The translations under genes were made by a program, and so were the position numbers. Shown here in pieces: positions 23,863-35,499 of a stretch of 41,204 bases of DNA (position 1 is its first letter; the number at the start of each line of letters is the position of its first letter). The notes under the pieces were generated by a model. That model did not search any database, was not told the origin of the DNA, and saw nothing but the letters and a program-made list of their open reading frames with translations. The stretch is taken from the NCBI GenBank assembly GCA_003990765.1, contig RBNJ01000112.1:1-41204 (forward strand), given 5' to 3'. The stretch is from Jimgerdemannia flammicorona. Taxonomy: Eukaryota.

Positions 23863-25949
23863 AGACCCCAGCCCAACCTACTATAAACAAAGAAGATCAA
23901 TTCTACAAGAAAATTGAAGATAGATTTATATCAAGTAGCTAATACCCTCATAGTGTTGGAATGTACTCTTCTCAAATAATTAATAATTACTTCTCTTATA
24001 TCAATGAACTGGTCTAAAGGAGAACCAACAGAGGGAAAGCTCCTATAACTGAAATTATTACCATTGGATTAGACAAACTACTTATACTCCAAGCTTTTAT
24101 CAATAGAGCATCTGTCAAGATCATAATAGATAGTAGTATCTCGAGCAACTTTATCAATGAAGAAATAGCCAACAGACTCAAAGTTCTGACCTCTCCAGTA
24201 TAACAGACTCAAGCAGTTGCTATAGCTGATAAAACCTCCCATATCATTAGTAAGGAAGTCTGCAATCTATCCTTCCAAATTGATGACTATTGAGTATATA
24301 TTATACTTCAGATTGTTCCACTTTCTGAATAAAATCATCCTTGGAACTCTATGGTTAAAACAAGAGAACTCTATAATCAATTGGATAAACTATTCTCTAA
24401 CTATCAAGAAAAGATGTCACAACTTCAAACTGCAAGATAAAAAAGACCCACTCAGTTCTAGTGACCCTGGACCAAAGATCACTTACATCAATAAGCTACA
24501 ATTCAAGAAACTAGCTAAGAAATGCCCTCTCTTTATTATCTCTATCTAACCATTTAAAGGAGAATCTGAAAACCTCAAGGAAGACTTTTCCAAAGTTGAG
24601 AGCCATGTTAGACTCTTATTTCAGAAATTCTAAGATATATTTCCAAAGAAACTCCCAAAAAGCCTACCACCTAAATGAGTAGTAGACTATATCATCAAAA
24701 CTATCTCAGATGCCAAGTCTACCTTCAAGTCAATCTACTATATCTCTCTAAGAGAAATTGATGTACTCAAGAAAGAGATTGATGAACTCCTAGAATAAGG
24801 ATTCATCAGACCTAGTATATTGCCTTATAGAGCACCAGTTCTCTTTATTATCAAGAAAGGAGAAGATCTGCAAATGTGTATTAATTATTGAGATCTCAAT
24901 AAATAGACCATTAAGAACTGTTGCCCACTACTCTGAATTGATAAAATATTTAATAGGCTTATCAACCCACAATTCATGAGCTCTTTTAACCTGCAAAATA
25001 ATTACTGGTAAATTGTTATGAAGAAGAGGATATTTACAAGACTGCCTTCTGAACTTACTATGGATATTTCAAGTTCTTGATTATACTCTTTGGCTTAACT
25101 AATATTTCTACAACCTTTCAGATACTAATGAATACCATTCTATATCTATACCTAGATAAATTTATTGTTATCTATATTGACAACATTCTAGTCTTCAGCA
25201 AAATCTTGGAGAAATATCTTAAATATCTTGAACTAGTATTACTGAAGTTTTGAGAAAACTGACTCTTTGCAAAACTCAGTAAATATGAATTTCTCCTGAA
25301 GAAAATTCAATTTCTTACACACATTATTACTCTTAATAAAATTAAAGTAGACTCTAGCAAAATCTCTGCAATCAAGGAATGGCCCAGATCTAAGAAGTCA
25401 AATGACCTCCAGTCATTTCTAGAACTAACAAACTATTACTGATAATTTGTTGTCAACTTTGCCAAGATTACTACTACTCTTACCCAAATGATTAAGCATA
25501 GCAAGAAAGAAGAACAGCTCTGGACCACAAAATAAGAAAGAGACTTTAACAATCTTGCAAATTGGGGATCTAAATAAGACATAGCCTTTTAAGCATTGAA
25601 AAATACATTAATAACTACTCCAGTACTTCAAGCAGTAAACTCTGCCCTCCTATATGAAGTTACTACTAATGTCTCTGATCTAGCTCTTAGAGCAGTACTC
25701 ATACAAGAAGGATACTCAGTGGCCTATTATTCTTGAAAATTCAATATGCTAAAATTAACTATATAATCTATGAGAAGGAAATGTTAACCATCATAGACAC
25801 TCTGATTAAATAGTGACCTTATCTTGAAGGAGCACACTTTACTATATTGACAGACTACAAATTATTAGTCAATATCAAGACCCAGATTACCCTTTCTTGA
25901 AAGCAATCCAGATGGATGAAAGTCCTCACTAATTTTGACTATGAAATTT

Positions 25950-28900
25950 AGTAGAGGAAGAAGGCCCAGTGAGAGCCATGGGAGCAAACCCAGAGCCAGT
26001 GTCAAAGTAAATAGAAGATATGTAGAAGAGCATATATAAGAGGGATGAATAAAGAATATAATCAAAAATATATCAGCCATTTATTGCTACATAAAAATGT
26101 AGTCCTTATATATAAAATACAATATTCCAAAAGGGAGAATGTGTCACAACTCAGAGAAAACTGAATTAGGAACCACAAAACTATTGAAGATAAGCAGAAA
26201 TAAAGAGAAAGCCAATTCCAGTTACAGGATAAAAATCACAAATAAACACAAATAAAACAAATCCAAATCGAGATTAAAAAACATCTGCAGACCCTGGAGG
26301 GGTCTTGCACTCACTCTGGGGTCTCAGCCTTACTCTGCTCCCCTCTACTGCCTTTGGCCCCTCACTTTGCTCAGGATTGCTGTGGCTTGCTCTGTTTTGG
26401 CCTCACCCCTTGCTCACACTCACCCCTCTGGGGTCTGCAGATGTTTTTTAATCTTAATTTAGATTTGTTTTATTTGTATTTGTTTGTAATTTTTAGCCTG
26501 CAACTAGGATTGACTCCCTCTTTATCTCTACTTATCTCTGGTGATCATATGGTTCCTAATTCAGTTCACCCCAAGTTATGGCACATTCTCTCTTTTGGGA
26601 TATTGTATTTTGTATATAAGGACTATATTTTTATGTAGTAATAAATGGCTGATACATTTTCAGTTATATTCTTTATTCATTCCCCTTATACATACTCTTC
26701 TATTTACTTTGACACTGGCTCTGAGTTTGCTCCCATGGCTCCTGCTAGGCCTTCTTTCTCCACTGCTATACCATCTGCCCTCAGGGCCTCCATCCTCATT
26801 GATAAGATCATGGATGAGGTTCTTCCTCCTCCCCCCTCCCCCTGCTTTTATCTCTACCACTATCTCATTTAAGACCTATGTCTTGTCTGCCATTCTTTCC
26901 CTCCTCTTAGACCTTCACCCTTCTGGTCATCTGCTCCTTTCTCAGTTCTGGTCAGTTCTTGCCCTCTCTGCTAAAGAGGCTCATCTCTGCCATGATGTCA
27001 ATGTCATTGCTCCATCTGCCATCTGCTACTTCATTCTCCCCAAGACCCACCACTAAGCCCTCTCCAAAGAGATTCATGCCACCACTGCCACCACCAAGCT
27101 TGTCACTGTCAATGCTGCCACTACTTCTGCTGCCACTACTTCAGCCTCCTTTCACTATACCTATACTACTTTTGTGGCCTTTGCCTCCTCCTGCCTTATG
27201 GATGCTGCCCCTTTCTGTGGTTTTACTGTCCAAGATATTCCCTCTGCCACTACTGATATTAACACTATTCATTACTTCCTCCTTACCAGTACCTCTCTTG
27301 TTGCTCACCTTTATGAGTAGAAAACATCATATACTGTCACTACTGCTCACACCACCACCACTGCTCCCCTGCCTACCTCTCCTAAGGTTTCAGTCTCTGG
27401 GGCCATCTGTACTGAGACTCATGCCACTGCCTATACCAAGGTCCATTCTTTCACCACCACTGCTACCAAGGCTCCTGCCAAGATACATACCTGCCAAGTC
27501 CAACCAGGCTTTGTCAGCCTCTTCCTGGTTTCTCTCTCCCACTAAGACTTCTTCTTCTATTCTCCCTACTCCCAAGTATGACTGCCAACTTGGTTCTCAC
27601 CCCATCAGGGCCTGGCCTTGTGCTGTCTGCTCTGGTCACCTCCACTGTACCTACTGGTACCCAGCCAAGTCCATCTGCCCACATGATGGTATCCCTTATA
27701 CTACTGCTCCTTCAGCTGCTCACTCTCCCTCCACCTCCTCTGCCAGTTCCTCCTCCATCTCCTTTACCCATACTTCTGAATATAAGGGCTATACAAAAGC
27801 CTGTAGCCATAAGATCTGGCACTCTAATGGGGTATGCTCTCATTTATCAGATTTGCCATCTTCAAAAAAAGTCAGAGAGAAGGAGAAGGCCTCCCACTCT
27901 TAAACTTCCTCCCAGTATGGTTCTCCCCTAGTGTCCCTGTCCCTTCTCAGATTCTGTCATTACTTCTGGTGTACTCTGAGTGGTTCTTCATATTGTCTTC
28001 CCTTCATCTTTCCCAGTTGCTTGTCTCAAACTTTGGAGTTTACTCTTCTCTTAGAATACTTTTATCTCCTCCTTTTTCTTTGGATGACTGCCCCCTTTCT
28101 CTTCTTCAAGTCTTCGCCTTATCTTTGAGTCCTTACTTTGTTTTCCCTGCTACTCCCTCACAACTCTCCTTTACTGATCTGACTCATCTTATATGTTTTT
28201 ATTGTGCCCTTGACCTTGCCATCTTCTTTGAGGATCATAGTGAGATACTCTCTCACTATTTTGTTCCTAGCAATTAGGTCCCCCCTCCCAATGTCTCTTC
28301 ATACTGTATATTTCTTGATATGGCTTGCTCACTGTCCATTCCTAGACATGCTCACTCTTACTTAGTTTTGGATATGTCATGCATACTACACTTAAATTGG
28401 TCAAGCAATTGCCTCTGTATTTGCTCACAGTTACTAATAAGAATTAGGATTTTGTACTTATTTCTAAGTCACTCTACCTTGATGGCCTTTTTGCTCTCCT
28501 TTGAGCTGTGGCTTATGAGCTTAGCACTCTTAGATTGGATGAGGTTCTCACTCTCCTTTAGGTTTCTTTAGCTCATGCCAGGTCACTTTTAGATTCTCTT
28601 TTTGCAAACCCCATTTTAAACTTCTTTTAGGACTCCTTGTCCTTACCAGACATTTGTCTTCCAGTTTTCTATACTCTTCCTAAAGTCCACAAGCCTACTT
28701 TGGCCTGGTGTCCCATTACAGCTACTTATAGCTCTCTTATCACTGAGATTTCAAAGTAGTTATCCCACTTCTTCCTCTCTTGGATAGCTCTTCTTCAATA
28801 CTGTCTTGGGCCTGAGTATACTATTCTTTGTAATACTCAGGAGCTCATCCTTCTCTGTTCCACCATTATGCCTATTCACTATTTTTCCCATTTGGCCTCT

Positions 28901-30414
28901 GGTAACTTCTCTTTCTTCTACACTGCTATTCATTTTGATGAGATTGATGATTGTCTTCACTTCTTGAGTTCTATTGTTTTTCCTTTAGATTCTCTGATTT
29001 CATTGGCTTCTATTATTGAGCTTATGCTCCTCATCTGCAACTCCAATTATTTTAAGTCAGCTCTTGGCTCCTTTTATCAGACTTCTAGTATTATTATGGG
29101 AATGAATTGTGCCCCCACCCTTACCAATCTTATTGGTCTGACTCATGAACTTTGTACAATATATAATCCTTCTTCACCTCTTTCAATTATGTTCTGAGCT
29201 GGAGATATCTTCTTTTACCAATATATTGATGATTTCATTGTCCTCACTATTGCTGATATTGATATTCCTAGTGTGTTCTATAGTATCTACCCTCTCTACC
29301 ATTCTATTACCTGGGTGTGTGGTATGACCAGTATTCCCTTTTTGGACCTTTCTATCTCTCTTTCTCTCTTCAGAACTATTGTTTATTCTCATTTTCCCCA
29401 TTTACAATAGTTTCCTAACTTCCTTTCTAATCATTCTTGTCACACTCTTCTTGAATATATTTAGGGTGAGGTTTGTCATCTTGTATTATATTACTCCTAT
29501 TGTTCTGATTGGGTGTCTGCTGTTTGGGTTCTTGGCAACTTTATGGTTCATCATCATGCCTACCCAATTTCTATCATTCATGATCTGATTACTTCTGTTG
29601 AATGGTCTGTTGTTCACTCTTCCCTCCTCTCTCTCCTTTATCCCCCCTCCCTTCCCTCTCTTCTCTCTTACCCTCTCTGTATCCCCTTTTCATTTCCATC
29701 CTTGATTCTTGTCATACCATTTGATCATACTTGCTGGGTTGCTCAACACCCTGACACTATCCTGCACTCTTCTCTTTCATGCCATGGACTTTTGTCTCTT
29801 TCTTGACACCTTCTGATTGCTCATTCACATCTTCCTTCCATTTCTTCTTTAATCCATTACTCTCGTTTTGCATTTTTATCATCTTCTGGTACCTCTGACT
29901 CTGCTGAAGAGGATTAAAAAACATTCTTACCCCCTCTGGGATCTTGCACTTGCTCTGGGGTATTGGCCTTACTCTACTCCTCTCTACTGCCTTCAGCCCC
30001 TTACTTCACTCAGGCTCACTGTGGCTCACTCTATTTTGGCCTCACCCCTCACTCATACTCACTCCTCTAGAGTCTGCAGATGTTTTTTAATCTTGATTTG
30101 GATTTGTTTTGTTTATGTTTGTTTGTGATTTTTATCCTACAACTGAGATTGACTCTCCCTTTATCTCTACTTATCTCCAGTGATCATGTGGTTCCTAATT
30201 CAGTTCACTCTGAGTTGTAGCATGTTCTCTCTTTTGGGACATCATATTTTATATATAAAGACTGCATTTTTATATGGTAATAAACAGCTGATATATTTTC
30301 AGTTATGTTCTTTGTTTATCTCCCTTATATATGCTCTTCTACATATCTTCTGTTCACTTTGATACTGGCTCTGAGTTTGCTCCCATGGCTTCTGCTGGGT
30401 CTTCTTCCTCTACT
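25950..30414 (+). mobile_element. Penelope-like retroelement (PLE) without a detectable GIY-YIG endonuclease; inverted 5' pseudo-LTR arm plus direct pseudo-LTRs
   Basis: PLE RT motifs: PSN*VPP, NKN(L)G, PVFYTLPKVHKP...CPI, FYTAI, NYF...FYQ..IIMGMNCAPTLTNL, YIDD, PFLDL. Direct repeats 26303-26764 / 29942-30414 and inverted arm 25950-26302. Confidence 0.88.
26735..29917 (+). pseudogene. PLE coding region: Ala/Thr-rich N-terminal part, CCHC-like knuckle, RT and thumb
   Basis: ATG at 26735 lies inside the pseudo-LTR. CAVCSGHLHCTYW(C>Y) at ~27619-27660. RT at ~28000-29500. The frame ends ...SDSAEED-TAA at 29917 with no endonuclease domain. Confidence 0.8.
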
Positions 30415-30548
30415 ATTGCCCTAGTAAGGAGAATATTATTGCTGATGTAATCTCCAGACTACCAATCAAAGAAGTTATCCAAACTCTTACCTTGGTTATC
30501 AACTCTATCATAGAATAAATCATTATAGTATGTGCTAATAATAAAGAA

Positions 30549-32269
30549 TATAAGCACACAACCTCCAAACTACTGAAATCACATATCACCTCTGAACAAA
30601 TCTGGAAATCACATACAAGATCATAAAGCTAAGTCAAACTGAAGTTATAGAGCACAAAGCTAAGTCAACTTAAAGTTACAAAATATAAGATTTATATAAA
30701 CAAAATCTTACTAATCAGGACCAAATACATATATACCAAGCACTCAGATATGTTAAATAGAGAACTATAACAAATCAAATAAATAATCACAACTCTTAAA
30801 CATATATACAAACATGATTACTGAAATCTACAACTATATCTGCACTGATATTTGAAATGTCATTGTCAACTGAGCCACACCTACTCTGCTTCTTATAAAT
30901 ATCTATAACTTAGTACCTCTTTACTTTATGGAAGCCCAATGGAATGCCCTGAATATGCTCAGTGAAGTCTACTGTATTGGACAAATCTCAAGCTACTATC
31001 AGATTGGCTATCTCCTAGAAGATATGGTTGAACACTACTATGATATAGATATTACCCAAATGTCCTAACACCAGAAGCTCATTGCTTGCAAACACTAAGA
31101 ACTCTTTTATGAGTATAGCACCTTTATTCCCTGCCTCCAAGTTACTACTACTGAAATGATTGCTACTCTATCCTATGACTAAATTGATAATATAGTATAA
31201 GAACTCAACCATAAGTATATTAAATATGTTCAAACTACAGACTGAACCTTCCTACATCCTGATGACCACATTCTATAAATACTCTAAGTTGAATATATTA
31301 TGAAGAACATCTATAATATAATCTGATTTGATAATGATGAAGCAGAAGATAATGATCTCTCTAATACTGATATGACCTTAAACCAAGAATCTCTGCCAAC
31401 TCTGATCACTCTACCAACCTTACTGATGAACTTATAACAGTTCATAACTACCTACAAGACCTATTAGGACAATGACCACTGGTATGAGTACCAATCTGCA
31501 TTTACTCCTAATTACTTTAACTATAATGAAGAGACTGAAGAATATAATGTATATCTTTAGACAACTCTTGAGACTGAACCAACAACTCTACCTCCTGAGT
31601 ATGAATAAAATGAACTACAGCTACCATTATACTATAATCTAGCAACTCATAGTATTATTATCTATAGAAGGTATACAGATAGCAAATCCAATAAAAGTAA
31701 AAATAAAGCACTTCTCCTTTGCCCACCAATATCTTACCCAACATATGAGACAAATGATGCTATTCTGTGGGACAGTGATGAAGTTCTAATATATTATTAT
31801 CTCAGTAAACAGAAAGAAGTAATCTGAGAACCACTCTTCCTCAATAACTACTTCATCAGAGATGATATCATCAATGATGATATTATTGAAGACTATCCAG
31901 ACAGTATCTAAATCTATAGATAGCTTAGCAGTTATTAGTATAGTTAGATTAGTCTTATATGATATAACTATATACTGACTCAGCAGTCAGATAATCTCTT
32001 GATATATCAGATCATACTTGTACTATATAACTACATTTTAACTCAATAAGGCACTAAGTGCTATATCCATATCTAGTCTAGTCTAAATAGTCTCCCATTA
32101 GTACAAATACCCCCTCCCCCAGACCTCTAAATCTCAGACTCAAATATATAAGAACAATTCTGAATACTTCCCTTCATACAAACTACTTCTAGTATAGCAA
32201 TATTATAAATAGTGAATAAACCTATTTAATAATTCACAAACTATTCTTAAGTAAATCTACTCTCTATTA
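30549..32269 (+). mobile_element. Long-LTR family, copy 3 (3' ~300 bp missing)
   Basis: T(G>A)TAAGCACACAACCTCC at 30549; embedded ORF at 30814-31911 spans 1098 bp, the same as in copy 4. Confidence 0.9.
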
Positions 32270-32297
32270 ATGTGAGCAAATTACTTGTTAGAGTAAC

Positions 32298-34347
32298 TGT
32301 TACATAGTTCTGGAAGGGTTTTCTGAAAGTTCTGGATATTCTGGAAGATTATTTTCTTAAGATCAAGATCAATTTTATATGGAGTATGTTCTCTATACTT
32401 ATTGATTTCAAGTTCAGGTTGACATCTCAACCAAAGTCCTTTTTTGGACTAATTCTGGATGTTCAGGATTTTCTATATTTCAGAAAGTTCAAGAAACTAA
32501 GGCCAGCTTAGTTGAATTGGCATATTGCTATAGATAATACCTAATTAGAAATTTTCGTGATAGGGTTAAGAGTGGGACCTAATGGGGAGCAGATTTACTT
32601 AGAGTGATTTGTGGGTTATTAAATAGGTTTATTCACTATTCATGATATTACTATACTAGGAGTAGTTGTGAGAAGGAGTAATATAGAGAAGTATTCAAGA
32701 GTGTTCTTGTATATTTGAGTCTGTTTAAGTCTGAGATTCTGAGGTTTAGAAGAGGGGGTATTTATACTAGTGAGGAGTTATCTGGGCTATGCTAAATATA
32801 GATGTAGCACCTAGTGTCTTGCTGAGTCAGAATATAGTTACATAGTACAAATGTGATCTGACATATCAAGGGGTCATCTGACTACTGAGTTAGTTCATAG
32901 TTATATCATATAAGGCTAATCTAACTATGCTATAACTGCTAAGCTATTTATAGGTTTAGATACTGTTTGGGTAGTCTTCAATGACATTACCATCAATGAT
33001 ATTATCTTTGATATAGTAGTCATCTAGGAAGAGCAGTTTATGGATTAACTCTCCTTATTTACTGAGGTAATAATATATTAGAACTTCATCACTATCCCAC
33101 AGGATAGCATCATCTGTTTCATATACTGAGTAAGATGTTAGTGAGTGAAGAAGGAGTATATCATCTTTGCTTTCATCAAATTCACTATCTGTATACCTTC
33201 TATAGGTTACAGCACTATGAGTCATAGAGTTGTAGTAAGCTGGCAGTTGTGGTTCATATCACTTGTACTCAGGTGGTGGAGTGGTTGATTCAATCTTGAG
33301 AGTTGTCTGAAGATACAGGTTGTATTCTCCAGTCTCTTTATTATAGTTAAAGTAGTCAGGGGTAAATATAGATTGGTATTTGTATCAGTAGTCATTGTTC
33401 CAATAAGTCTTATAGGTGGTTATGAACTGTTGTAAGTTTATTGACAAGATTGGTAGGATGATCAGGGTTGGCAGAGATCTTTGGCTTGAGGTCATATTGG
33501 TATCAGAGGGATCATTGTCTTCTGCCTTATCTTCATCAAATTAGATTATATTATAGACATCCTTCATGGTATATCCTACTTGGGGTATTTGCAGGATGTG
33601 ATCATTGGGGTATGGGAAGGTTCTATCTGTAGTTCAAACATACTTGAGGTACTTATGGTTGAGTTCTTGTATCATGTCATCAATTTGGCCATAGGACAAA
33701 GTAGCAATCATTTTGCTGGTAGTAACTTAGAGGCAGGAAATAATAGTACTATACTTATAGAAGAGTTCTCAATGTTTGTGGGTAATAAGTTTCTGGTGTT
33801 GAGATATCTGGGTAATATCTATATCATGATAGTATTCAACTATATCTTCTAGAAGACAGCTGATCTAGTAGTAGCTTGAGATTTGTCTGATTTGGTAGGC
33901 CTCACTAAGTATGTTCAGGGCATTCTATTGGGCTTCTATGAAGTAAAGGAGTGCTAAGCTATAGATATTCATAAGGGATAGAAGGGGTGTGGCTCGATTG
34001 ACAATAGTATTCCAAATGTCAGCACAGATGTGGTTGTAGATCTTAGTGGTCATGTTTGTATATATTCAGGAGTTGGTGTTATATGTTTGGTTTGTTTTGA
34101 TTCTTTGTTTGGTACATCTCAGTGCTTAATATATATATATTTAATCCTAATTGGTAAGATTCTGTTTGTGTAAATCTTGTGTTCCATGACTTCATATTGA
34201 CTTAGCTTTGTGTACTGTGACTTCAGTTTGACTCAGCTTTGTGATTGAGCAGGTGATTTCCAGATTTATTCAGCTGTTGTATATATTTTAGTAGCTTGTT
34301 CAGAGGGTAATGTGTGATTTCAGTGGCTTGGAGGTTGTGTGCTTACA
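32298..34347 (-). mobile_element. Long-LTR family, copy 4: complete 2050-bp 3' LTR of G4
   Basis: TGTAAG...GTAACA termini, directly preceded by the polypurine tract AAGAAGGGGAGAGT. Confidence 0.92.
32956..34053 (-). pseudogene. LTR-embedded ~365-codon ORF, copy 4 (full span)
   Basis: ATG at 34053 to TAA at 32956 (1098 bp); acidic C-terminus ...DDYYIKDNIIDGNVIEDYPNSI*. Confidence 0.75.
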
Positions 34348-34361
34348 ACTCTCCCCTTCTT
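34348..34361 (-). promoter_or_regulatory. Polypurine tract of G4
   Basis: AAGAAGGGGAGAGT immediately 5' of the LTR TG. Confidence 0.85.
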
Positions 34362-34789
34362 AGCTTTCAATGTCCTCATTGAGTCCTTCTAATTTGTTCT
34401 AGTGTTATTATACCAATTGGAAGATCAAAAGTCTAGTGAGGTTTATTTTTTCAGAAAGTGGCATGCTTGTAGTACAGTTGCCTAACACATTGGATTTATA
34501 CATTAAAGAGTTGTATGTTCAATACCATACACTGGAAGTGATTCTGATATCATTCACTGCTGGAGAATTTCCTTTAAGGAATCTTCTTAAATATCTATGC
34601 CTTGTTTCCCACCAGTAGTATGGAGAGAATAGGCTTGCTTTCAGTTTTGCTATTTTTTCTAGAGAGTCAGTATTCTTTTATCTTAACTTACTGAGTTCTT
34701 AATTTTGTTTATGATAATTATAATGTTCAGGAGGATAATATATAGTATATACTGATAGATACAGAGGATTTGGTTTTAGTTGTTCAAGG

Positions 34790-35428
34790 AATTGTATTCC
34801 TGAACTAAGTCAGTTGTATTCTGGAGATTAGTCTTGGGTTCCTATATTACATCATGGATTGGGTAATCTTTCCATTTAACAAGATACTTAGGGTGATTCT
34901 TATAGCCACATTTGTTGAGAATTTGTTCAACTTTGTATTCTTCTTGATCATTAATAATAATAGGTGCAGGTAGTTCAGTGGTTTAGTTTGGGAATAGCTC
35001 ATCATCATTTTCATTATATTGTTTGAGATATTGGACATTAAAGACTGGGTGGATCTTAATAGTATCTGGTAGTACCAATTTGTAGGAGGTTGGAGAGACT
35101 TGTGCAATGACTTCAAATGGTCTAATAAACTTACTATTTAGCTTTATAGATGGTCTGTGCTTGAGGTTGTCAACTCAGTATTCTCAGATATCTAGTAGAA
35201 CTTTTTCTCCAATATCAAAAGTCTCTTCTTAGCAGTATTGGTTAACATACTGTAACTGTTGTTTTTGAGCTCATGATAAGTTCTCAATTGTGATTTGGCT
35301 TAGATTGTGCATTCAGAGTAGGAATTCTTCAATGGCTTCGACTGTAGAGGGTTCATTAGTAGTTTGGATAAGTGTCAGAGAAGTGTTTGGGTTTTGTCCA
35401 GTATTGGCAAAGAATGGGATCACTCTCT
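34790..35428 (-). pseudogene. G4 integrase C-terminus (GPY/F region) plus chromodomain
   Basis: PFFANTGQNP, FDIGEKVLL, KFIRPFEVI..VSPTSYKLVLPDTIKIHPVFNV, EEYKVEQILN...YLVKWKDYP....*EP..NL. Confidence 0.9.
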
Positions 35429-35499
35429 AGTACAATTCATGTTACACAAGACTTCAAGCAACAGTTTTTAACACTACTAGGAGAGAAGGTACTATCAAC

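Larger units (their letters stand above)
21407..30548 (+). mobile_element. Ty3/Gypsy G3 internal region: gag-dUTPase-PR-RT-RH (split by the Penelope-like element); integrase cut off at LTR copy 3
   Basis: Zinc knuckle CFYC*KTGHMASV(C>Y) at ~23331, protease IIIDSSISSNFI at ~24121, RT (PY.APVLF, YID[D>N]ILV at ~25175), RNase H (TNVSD.ALRAVL...FDYEI | PSKENIIADVISR). Confidence 0.92.

Noticed and set aside
26959-27903. 314-aa Leu/Pro-rich ORF as a membrane protein
   Set aside because: It is mostly an off-frame reading of the pyrimidine-rich PLE N-terminal region; only its last third (the knuckle region) is likely the true frame.
29895-29930. Hammerhead ribozyme in the PLE pseudo-LTR (CTGAAGAGGATTAAAAAAC)
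   Set aside because: CTGANGA is present, but I could not build GAAA, stem I or stem II by eye, and the motif is explained by the codons AEED*. A covariance search on the consensus would be needed to revisit this.
25950-30414. DIRS/Ngaro element or TIR DNA transposon, suggested by the inverted termini
   Set aside because: The RT motifs (LPKVHK, DKN-like, MG...AP) are Penelope-type, and no tyrosine recombinase, RNase H or transposase is present.
18184-32269. G3 as a full-length element bounded by LTR copies 2 and 3
   Set aside because: No integrase and no PPT precede copy 3, which interrupts pol just after RNase H. It is more likely a separate nested insertion, although an internal deletion cannot be excluded.
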